DNA from: Puniceicoccales bacterium
GTDB taxonomy: Bacteria; Verrucomicrobiota; Verrucomicrobiia; Opitutales; UBA953
Assembly (NCBI GenBank): GCA_031289285.1
Contig: JAITPT010000143.1
Span: forward strand, 1-38,705
Direction of reading: 5' to 3'
Length of the DNA: 38,705 nt
This document shows positions 8,136 through 14,675 of the stretch, piece by piece. The stretch's first letter is position 1. Each line of letters opens with the position of its first letter. The notes beneath the pieces were generated by a model. The model ran no database searches. It was not told the DNA's origin and was given only the letters and a program-made list of their open reading frames with translations. The position numbers were made by a program, and so were the translations under genes.

Positions 8136-9381
8136 CCGCCCGCCGCCTTTCGCCCCCGTATTCATCAACGCCCTTGGTGCGCTCTGTGCGCTCGGCGGCA
8201 CCGTCTCCGAAATCCGCGATGCCCTCTGCGCCGCCGTCCTCCCCGCTGCTCCCACGCGCCTGACGCCCTGCGCCGACTGGCTCACCGACGGCACCTGCAC
8301 CTACGTCGGGCGCGTCCCGCAAAACACCGCGCTGCCCGCCATCCCTACCGCGCTGCGCCACCACGCTAACCGCAGCAACCAACTCCTCCTCGCCGCATTC
8401 GAGCAAATCCGCCACGAAGCCAACGCTGCCCTCGCGCAATACGGGCGCGAGCGTGTCGCCGTCATCCTCGGCACCAGCACCTCCGGTATGCGCGAAGGCG
8501 AACTCGCCTACCAGCAACACCGCGACCACGGTGCCTTCCCCGCCCGCTACCGCTACTCCCGACAAGAGCTTGGCAACCCTGCCCTCTTCCTCGCTGAACA
8601 CCTCGGCGTGAGCGGCCCCGCCTACGTCATCTCTACCGCCTGTTCGTCCAGTGCGCGCGCCATCATCAGTGCCTGCCGCCTGCTCGCTGCCGACGTCGTG
8701 GATGCCGCCATCGTCGGCGGAGTTGACGAGCTTTCCCGCGTCACGCTCAACGGCTTCCACAGCCTCTCCGCGCTCTCGCACAAACTCTGCCGCCCGTTTT
8801 CCGCGCACCGCGACGGCATCAACATCGGCGAAGGCGCGGCACTGTTCCTGCTCACGCGCACACCAGCCGCCGTCGCCATCATCGGAACGGGCGAATCTTC
8901 CGACGCGCACCACACCTCTGCGCCGCAGCCCGATGGACGCGGTGCCGAAGCTGCGATGCGCATGGCCCTCGCCTCTGCCGCCCTCACCGCGCCCGTCGCC
9001 GACATCGGCTACATCAACCTCCACGGCACCGCCACGCCGCTCAACGACAGCATGGAGAGCCGCGCTGTCCACCGCATCTTCGGCGACGCCGTGCCGTGCA
9101 GCTCTACCAAACACCTCACCGGCCACACCCTCGCCGCCTGCGGTGTCATCGAAGGCACCCTCTGCCACCTCCTCCTCGAAAACGCCCGCGCCCTCCCGCT
9201 CCCCCCGCAACACCTCGCTCCCGACGACCACGACCCTGCCCTTGCTCCCATCGGCCTCCTCCGCGCCGCCGCGCACCTCACCGTGCCGCGCATTCTTTCC
9301 AACTCCTTCGGCTTTGGCGGCAACAACGCCAGCCTCATTTTCGCCACGCACCCGCATCTCACTCACCCGCACCACCAATGA
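8119..9381 (+). CDS. Beta-ketoacyl-ACP synthase family protein (KS, Cys-His-His triad present)
   Basis: Contains ISTACSSS (active Cys), SDAHHTSAP (His), NLHGTATPLND (His) and C-terminal NSFGFGGNNASL. The start could be ATG 8119 or ATG 8077, and both overlap the upstream gene. The stop overlaps the next start (ATGA at 9378-9381). Confidence 0.9.
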   Translation: MPPPANRPPPFAPVFINALGALCALGGTVSEIRDALCAAVLPAAPTRLTPCADWLTDGTCTYVGRVPQNTALPAIPTALRHHANRSNQLLLAAFEQIRHEANAALAQYGRERVAVILGTSTSGMREGELAYQQHRDHGAFPARYRYSRQELGNPALFLAEHLGVSGPAYVISTACSSSARAIISACRLLAADVVDAAIVGGVDELSRVTLNGFHSLSALSHKLCRPFSAHRDGINIGEGAALFLLTRTPAAVAIIGTGESSDAHHTSAPQPDGRGAEAAMRMALASAALTAPVADIGYINLHGTATPLNDSMESRAVHRIFGDAVPCSSTKHLTGHTLAACGVIEGTLCHLLLENARALPLPPQHLAPDDHDPALAPIGLLRAAAHLTVPRILSNSFGFGGNNASLIFATHPHLTHPHHQ

Positions 9382-9851
9382 ACTTCCCACAACCCGCCGC
9401 CCTTTTTCTCCCGCACCGCCCGCCCATGCTCTACGTGCAACACGCACTCGCCGTGGACGACAGAAGTGCCGTCTGCGAGACCGCGCTGGACGACACCTTT
9501 GCGCCGTTTTTTGCCGCCGCTGCCGACGGCACCGACGCGCTCCCCGCGCATTTCCTCCTCGAAATCATCGCGCAATCTATAGGCGTTTGGGCTGGCTACC
9601 ACACCTTGCAAAAAGGCGAAGCTGCGAAGTCGGGCATGTTTCTCGGTTGTCGCGATTTCACCACGGTGCGCCCCGAATACCCACGCGGCGACATCCTCCG
9701 CATCGAGGTCAAACTCCTCGTGCTCGACGGTGCCACCGGCAGTTTTGAGGGCGTCGTCCTTTGCGCTGGCGAACGTATCGCCAGCGCGACGCTCACCACC
9801 CACCAAGTCACATGGGAACAACTCGACGCCCTATTGCACCCACAACACTAA
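9378..9851 (+). CDS. Hot-dog fold 3-hydroxyacyl-ACP dehydratase (ApeP-like)
   Basis: 157 aa starting MNFPQPAALFLPHRPPMLYV, the LPHRPPML motif of this dehydratase family. It is translationally coupled to the KS gene. Confidence 0.75.
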   Translation: MNFPQPAALFLPHRPPMLYVQHALAVDDRSAVCETALDDTFAPFFAAAADGTDALPAHFLLEIIAQSIGVWAGYHTLQKGEAAKSGMFLGCRDFTTVRPEYPRGDILRIEVKLLVLDGATGSFEGVVLCAGERIASATLTTHQVTWEQLDALLHPQH

Positions 9852-9873
9852 CACCGACACCGACACCAAAAAC

Positions 9874-10701
9874 ATGCCTCCCACCGCCGCCGCCACTCCG
9901 CCCACAGCGTCCACTCCGTCCACCCAGTCCACAGCGTCCACCGCTGCCGCGCCTTCGCCGCGCACCGTCCTCGTCACAGGTGCCAGCAAAGGCATAGGTG
10001 CCGCCATCGCCCGCCAGCTCGCTGCCGACGGCTTCGCCGTAACGGCGCACTACCACACCGACCGCGCTGGTGCCGAGCGTGTGCTCGCCGACATATCCGC
10101 CGCCAACGCCACCACCGCGTCTGCCGCTGCCCGCCTCCTGCAATTCGACATCCGCGACCGCGCCCAATGCGAGGCTGCGCTCGCTGCCGACATCGCCGCA
10201 CACGGCCCCTACTACGGCGTCGTCCTCAACGCTGGCATCGCCCGCGACGCCGCCTTCCCCGCGCTTTCTGGCGACGACTGGGACGACGTGTTGCGCACCG
10301 ACCTCGACGGTTTTTACAACGTCCTCCGGCCCTGTGTCATGCCCATGATTGGTGAGCGGCGTGGCGGGCGCATCGTCACGCTCTCCTCGGTTTCGGGCAT
10401 CATGGGCAACCGCGGGCAAGTCAATTACAGTGCGGCGAAAGCTGGCATCATCGGTGCGACCAAGGCGCTCGCTGTCGAGCTTGCCCGCCGCAAAATCACT
10501 GTGAACTGCGTTGCCCCCGGTCTCATAGATACAGGGATGCTTGCCATCGAGCCGGAGGCTTTGGCGCAGGCCATGCAGCTCATCCCTGCTGCCCGCATCG
10601 GCACCCCTGCCGAGGTCGCCGCCTTAGTGGCCTTCCTCGTCTCCGACCGCGCCGCCTACATCACCCGCCAAGTCATCTCCATCAATGGTGGCATGTTGTA
10701 G
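9874..10701 (+). CDS. 3-oxoacyl-ACP reductase, SDR family (FabG/ApeQ-like)
   Basis: VLVTGASKGIGAAIA (TGxxxGxG), NAG, and SSVSG...YSAAKAG (the Y-x3-K catalytic motif). It has a 30-aa T/A/P/S-rich N-terminal extension. Confidence 0.9.
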   Translation: MPPTAAATPPTASTPSTQSTASTAAAPSPRTVLVTGASKGIGAAIARQLAADGFAVTAHYHTDRAGAERVLADISAANATTASAAARLLQFDIRDRAQCEAALAADIAAHGPYYGVVLNAGIARDAAFPALSGDDWDDVLRTDLDGFYNVLRPCVMPMIGERRGGRIVTLSSVSGIMGNRGQVNYSAAKAGIIGATKALAVELARRKITVNCVAPGLIDTGMLAIEPEALAQAMQLIPAARIGTPAEVAALVAFLVSDRAAYITRQVISINGGML

Positions 10702-10740
10702 GGCAATGTATCACGGAAACCGTTTTTCAACCCCGACGGG

Positions 10741-10816
10741 TATAGGACTTATAGGACTTATAGGACCTATATGACCTATAGGACCTATAGGACCTATACG
10801 ACCTATAGGTCCTATC
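10741..10816. repeat. 9-bp tandem array, unit TATAGGACY x 8, ending in the palindrome GACCTATAGGTC
   Basis: tataggact tataggact tataggacc tatatgacc tataggacc tataggacc tatacgacc tataggtcc. It is the mirror image of the array at 13272-13350. Confidence 0.92.
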
Positions 10817-10888
10817 TATGAGTCAGTTATCCTATTGCGTTTCCACTTGTGTCTGGTCTTTGTTGGCAAAGGCCGTTTTTTCCCGCGT

Positions 10889-12355
10889 ATGCCCGCTGCA
10901 CACCTTGACTCACTGCAAAGCCACTACGACGTCGTCGTCATCGGTTCCGGTCTGGCCGGAATGACGGGGGCCAATCGGCTTGCCCGCCTCGGACACCGCG
11001 TGTTGCTGCTCGAACACCATTCGCAACTCGGCGGTCTCGCCACATCGTTCAGACGCCCGGGCGGGCATATCTTCGATGTCTCACTGCACGGTTTCCCGCA
11101 AGGCATGGTGAAGTCTTGCCGCAAATACTGGTCGCCCGCCGTCGCCGCTTCTATCCGGCAAATCCACGACATCCGTTTCGACAACCCCGACTTCAAACTG
11201 CAAACCACCTTCGACCGCGCCGACTTCACCCGACTGCTCACCGAACATTTTCGCGCCCCCGCCGAGCACGTCGCCGCGTTTTTCGCACACCTGCGCGACA
11301 TGAATTATTACGACCGCGACACGCGCACCATCCGCGATTTGTTCGACGAGTTTTTCCCCGCCCGCCCCGACATCCACCGCCTCCTCCTCGAGCCTATCGC
11401 CTACGCCAACGGCTCCACGCTCGACGACCCAGCCATCGCCTACGGCATCGTTTTCTCAAACTTCATGAACGCCGGCGTCTTCACATTCCAAGGCGGCACC
11501 GATGTCTTCATCGGACGCCTGACAGACGAGCTACGCGCATCGGGGGTCGAAATCGGGCGGCGTTGCCTCGTGGAAAAAATCCTTTTTGAAAGCGGCCCAG
11601 ACGGACGCCCGCAGGCGCGTGGTGTGCGCGTGAAATCGCTGCGCGACGGCGGCGAGCGCGACATCGCTTGCGGCGCAGTGTTCTCCAACGCGGGCGTCAA
11701 AAACACCGTGCTGCGCCTTGCAGGCGAGGCGAACGTGCCCGCCGCATTTGCCGCCGACGCCCACGCCGTGCGCGTCAACAATAGCTCGGCGCAGGTCTAT
11801 ATCGGGGTGCGCGCTGGGGAGAGTTTGCCGCGTTCGGGAGACCTGCTTTTCACGTCGGAGGCGTCGCCGTTTTCGAGCGACGAGCTTGTAGATTTTCACA
11901 CCACGAGCCGCACCTTCAGCATCTACTACCCCGAGACGCGCCCGCAACTTGCCGCGCCGCGCTACGCAGTCGTCGCCTCGCTCAACCAACGCTGGGAAGA
12001 CTGGGCTGCGCTGGACGACGCCGACTATGCGCGGCACAAGGCGCGGCTGGTCGAGGAGGCCTTGAGCGGTCTGGAGAAACACATCCCGGGTTCACGCGCC
12101 AAAACAGATTGGGCGGAGGCGGCGACGCCGCGCACCGTCGGGCGCTACACGCGGCACTGGGAGGGCACATCGTTTGGCACAAAGTTCGAGGGGCTGCGCG
12201 TCTCGCTGGAATTGCCCGAACACGTGCCCGGCCTCTTTCACGCTGGCTCCGTGGGCATCATCATGTCCGGCTGGTTGGGCGCGTTGAACTACGGCGTAAT
12301 CGTCGCCGCCAAGACCGACGCCTACCTGCGCAGCAGCGCGAGCGGCGCGGTTTAA
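10889..12355 (+). CDS. NAD(P)/FAD-dependent oxidoreductase, phytoene-desaturase (CrtI)-like
   Basis: N-terminal dinucleotide fold [42 protein letters not shown]. Length is 488 aa from ATG 10889. Confidence 0.8.
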   Translation: MPAAHLDSLQSHYDVVVIGSGLAGMTGANRLARLGHRVLLLEHHSQLGGLATSFRRPGGHIFDVSLHGFPQGMVKSCRKYWSPAVAASIRQIHDIRFDNPDFKLQTTFDRADFTRLLTEHFRAPAEHVAAFFAHLRDMNYYDRDTRTIRDLFDEFFPARPDIHRLLLEPIAYANGSTLDDPAIAYGIVFSNFMNAGVFTFQGGTDVFIGRLTDELRASGVEIGRRCLVEKILFESGPDGRPQARGVRVKSLRDGGERDIACGAVFSNAGVKNTVLRLAGEANVPAAFAADAHAVRVNNSSAQVYIGVRAGESLPRSGDLLFTSEASPFSSDELVDFHTTSRTFSIYYPETRPQLAAPRYAVVASLNQRWEDWAALDDADYARHKARLVEEALSGLEKHIPGSRAKTDWAEAATPRTVGRYTRHWEGTSFGTKFEGLRVSLELPEHVPGLFHAGSVGIIMSGWLGALNYGVIVAAKTDAYLRSSASGAV

Positions 12356-12378
12356 CCTAAAAACTGCCGTTTTTAGGT
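12355..12378 (+). terminator. 24-bp mini-derivative of the MITE forming an 11-bp hairpin directly at the stop codon
   Basis: ACCTAAAAAC-tgcc-GTTTTTAGGT is flanked by direct TTA/TTA. The stop TAA (12353-12355) uses the first base of the element. A terminator function is only inferred (A/T-rich stem, TTTAAT tail). Confidence 0.5.
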
Positions 12379-12425
12379 TTAATCCGGCGTTGCGTGGGCG
12401 GGTGTTCGGCGTTTCCTCGCGGGGC

Positions 12426-13196
12426 GTGTTACAAATCGCAGACCGCTCCTTCAATTCTCGCCTGCTCGCGGGCACCGGAAAATACGCCTCTGGCGAAATC
12501 ATGGCAAAAAGCCTCGCCGCTGCTGGCTCGGAGATTGTCACCGTCTCTGTCAAACGTGTGCAATTTGGCAAAAAAGAAGACCCCATCCTCGGCTATCTCG
12601 ACAGAGAGCGCGTGTTGCTGCTCCCGAATACCTCCGGTGTGCGCGACGCCCGCGAGGCCGTCTTCGCCGCGCAAATGGCGCGTGAGGCACTGGGCGTGAA
12701 TTGGCTGAAACTCGAAATCCATCCCGACCCCAAATGGCTTATGCCCGACCCCGTAGAGACGCTCGCCGCTTGCGAGCAGCTTGCCAAACTCGGCTTCGTC
12801 GTGCTGCCCTACATCCACGCAGACCCCGTGCTCGCCAAACGCCTCGAAGACGTCGGTGCCGCCGCCGTCATGCCGCTGGGTGCTCCCATAGGCTCGAACC
12901 TCGGTCTGCGCGCCCGCGACTTCATCGCCATCATCATCGCGCAGGCAAAGGTGCCAGTCATCGTTGACGCGGGTTTGGGCGCACCCTCTCACGCCGCCGA
13001 GGCGATGGAGCTTGGCGCAGACGCGGTGTTGGTGAACACCGCGCTCGCCGCCGCCGCCGACCCCGTAGCTGCAGGTCGGGCATTTAAGCTCGCAGTGGAA
13101 GCAGGGCGCCTCGCCTTCGAGTGCGGCTTGCCCGCACAAAACTTCGCAGCCTCGCCGACCTCGCCAACCGAGAGCCTGACAGGATTTTTGGGGTGA
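12426..13196 (+). CDS. thiG: Thiazole synthase
   Basis: From GTG 12426 the product starts [20 protein letters not shown]. It also contains [29 protein letters not shown] and [17 protein letters not shown] 12390 is an alternative start. Confidence 0.93.
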   Translation: MLQIADRSFNSRLLAGTGKYASGEIMAKSLAAAGSEIVTVSVKRVQFGKKEDPILGYLDRERVLLLPNTSGVRDAREAVFAAQMAREALGVNWLKLEIHPDPKWLMPDPVETLAACEQLAKLGFVVLPYIHADPVLAKRLEDVGAAAVMPLGAPIGSNLGLRARDFIAIIIAQAKVPVIVDAGLGAPSHAAEAMELGADAVLVNTALAAAADPVAAGRAFKLAVEAGRLAFECGLPAQNFAASPTSPTESLTGFLG

Positions 13197-13245
13197 GGGC
13201 GGGAGGGGGGTGAGCGGGCGGGCGAGGGGCGAGGAGCGGGGGGCT
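13190..13245 (+). other. G-run tract (at least 8 runs of GGG or longer in 56 nt) spanning the thiG stop
   Basis: ggggtgagggcgggaggggggtgagcgggcgggcgaggggcgaggagcgggggg. Confidence 0.7.
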
Positions 13246-13271
13246 TCTCGTGGCCAGATGGCTACTGGGTC

Positions 13272-13350
13272 GGATAGGTCGAATAGGACCTATAGGTCGT
13301 ATAGGTCGTATAGGTCTTATAGGTCTTTCTGGTCTTATGGTCTTCTGGTC
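13272..13350. repeat. 9-bp tandem array, unit TATAGGTCK, inverted relative to 10741-10816
   Basis: ggataggtc gaataggac ctataggtc gtataggtc gtataggtc ttataggtc tttctggtc... It contains the same palindrome GGACCTATAGGTC, here near its left end. Confidence 0.9.
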
Positions 13351-13379
13351 TTTCGGCGCGTTGGTGGGCGGTCTCCCGT

Positions 13380-14648
13380 TTATCCGCAGCCGGTGCCGGT
13401 GCCCTTGCAGGAGAAACCGCAGCCGGAGAAACGACGGGCGAGGACAGGAGGCATGGGCTTGTCGTTAAAAACGACATCGAGGCCGTCTTCTATCATGCCC
13501 TCCATTTCAATCACACGCACACCACGCGCCTCAAGGGCACGCTTGGGCTGGGGGCCAGCAGCAGAGACGAGCAAGGCACGGCAATCATGCAGGATGTCGC
13601 CAAACTCAGCCCAACGGGCAGGACCGGCACCGGGTTCGGGAGCACGGCGGGTCTCGATGTATTTGAAACCGGAAGGCGTCTCGGCGTCTTGGCGAAAAAC
13701 CAGCACACGGGCAGCTTCGCCAAGATGCTGGTTCACGAGCATCCCCTCCTGCGAAGCAACCGCAATGTAAGGACGAGCCGAGAGGTCGGCCTCGGGACGC
13801 GAGAAACGCGCCAACGCGCCAAGATGCTCCGGCGTCATCCCCTCGTCAATGAGACCGACGGCATCGGCGCGACAACGGGCGCAGTGCGTCATCTGCGGCA
13901 GGTGGCGTTCGGCGAGCAGGCGCGTGCCCGCGACGAGCTTGGCGTCGGGCGGCGGGAGGTCTTCAAACACAGCGCCCTCGACAGGCAAAAACGCCATGCA
14001 GTTCATGATGTCGGCACCGAGAGCGGCGACGGTTTTGGCGACTTCGCCGATGTGGCTGTCGTTCACGCCGGGCATGATGATGGTGTTAATTTTCACGACA
14101 ATCCCCCGCTCCTTGAGCTGGCGCACGGCGTCGAGCTGGCGGTCGAGAAGAAGCTGGGCGGCGGGAATGCCGCGCATGGGGCGGTGGCCGTCGCGCACCC
14201 ATGCGTAGATTTTTGCGCCGATGAGCGGGTCAACGGCGTTGATGGTGATGGTGACGTGGCTGACTTCGAGCGCGGCGAGCGCGGCGATGTGCGGGCCGAT
14301 GGCGAGGCCGTTTGTGGCGAGACACAGGAGTATCTGCGGGTGGCGGCGGCGGACGGCGGTGAGCGTGGCGAGGGTCTCCTCGGCGTTGGCAAACGGGTCG
14401 CCCGGGCCGGCGATGCCGACGACTGCGATGTTCGGGACGCGCCGCAGCACGTCGTCGAGGTAATCGGCGGCGCGTTGCGGGGCGAGGACGGCACTCGTGA
14501 CGCCCGGGCGGCTCTCGTTCATGCAGTCAAACTTGCGGTTGCAGAAGTTGCATTGGAGGTTGCAACGCGGGGCGACAGGCAGGTGGACGCGCCCGTGTGT
14601 GTGGTGAGAGTCTTTGTTGAAACAGGGATGTTGACTCAGGTCTATCAT
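13380..14648 (-). CDS. nifB: FeMo-cofactor biosynthesis radical SAM protein NifB with C-terminal NifX-like domain
   Basis: Contains HPCFN, the radical SAM motif CNLQCNFCNRKFDC, GIAGPGDP, THCARCRADAVG, and then a NifX/NifB-C-like domain (YIAVASQEGMLVNQHLGEA...). The tail is GCGFSCKGTGTGCG. Confidence 0.95.
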   Translation of the reverse strand: MIDLSQHPCFNKDSHHTHGRVHLPVAPRCNLQCNFCNRKFDCMNESRPGVTSAVLAPQRAADYLDDVLRRVPNIAVVGIAGPGDPFANAEETLATLTAVRRRHPQILLCLATNGLAIGPHIAALAALEVSHVTITINAVDPLIGAKIYAWVRDGHRPMRGIPAAQLLLDRQLDAVRQLKERGIVVKINTIIMPGVNDSHIGEVAKTVAALGADIMNCMAFLPVEGAVFEDLPPPDAKLVAGTRLLAERHLPQMTHCARCRADAVGLIDEGMTPEHLGALARFSRPEADLSARPYIAVASQEGMLVNQHLGEAARVLVFRQDAETPSGFKYIETRRAPEPGAGPARWAEFGDILHDCRALLVSAAGPQPKRALEARGVRVIEMEGMIEDGLDVVFNDKPMPPVLARRFSGCGFSCKGTGTGCG

Positions 14649-14675
14649 GCGTTTGGTAGGTCTCCGTGTTGGTGG

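Noticed and set aside
8047-9447. Long antisense or overlapping ORFs inside GC-rich genes (for example 8047-9447 minus, 15123-16610 plus, 23027-24148 plus, 33318-34280 minus, 8651-9748 plus)
   Set aside because: They are typical stop-codon-poor shadow frames of high-GC coding DNA. The products are Arg/Gly/Ala/Pro-rich with no recognisable motifs, and each is fully covered by a well-supported gene on the other strand or frame.
10889-12355. Flavoprotein upstream of thiG as glycine oxidase ThiO
   Set aside because: It is 488 aa long with a CrtI/amine-oxidase-type N-terminus (LGGLATSF) rather than the ~370-aa DAO-type ThiO. No thiS lies between it and thiG, and a hairpin element separates the two genes.
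12356-12425. TPP riboswitch in front of thiG
   Set aside because: Only about 70 nt are available. They are occupied by the mini-MITE hairpin, and the conserved CUGAGA core is not present.
13210-13770. ORF with a YRSYRSYRS tripeptide repeat spanning the 9-bp array
   Set aside because: The periodic peptide is a by-product of the 9-bp DNA repeat. The ORF runs antisense into nifB and has no other support.
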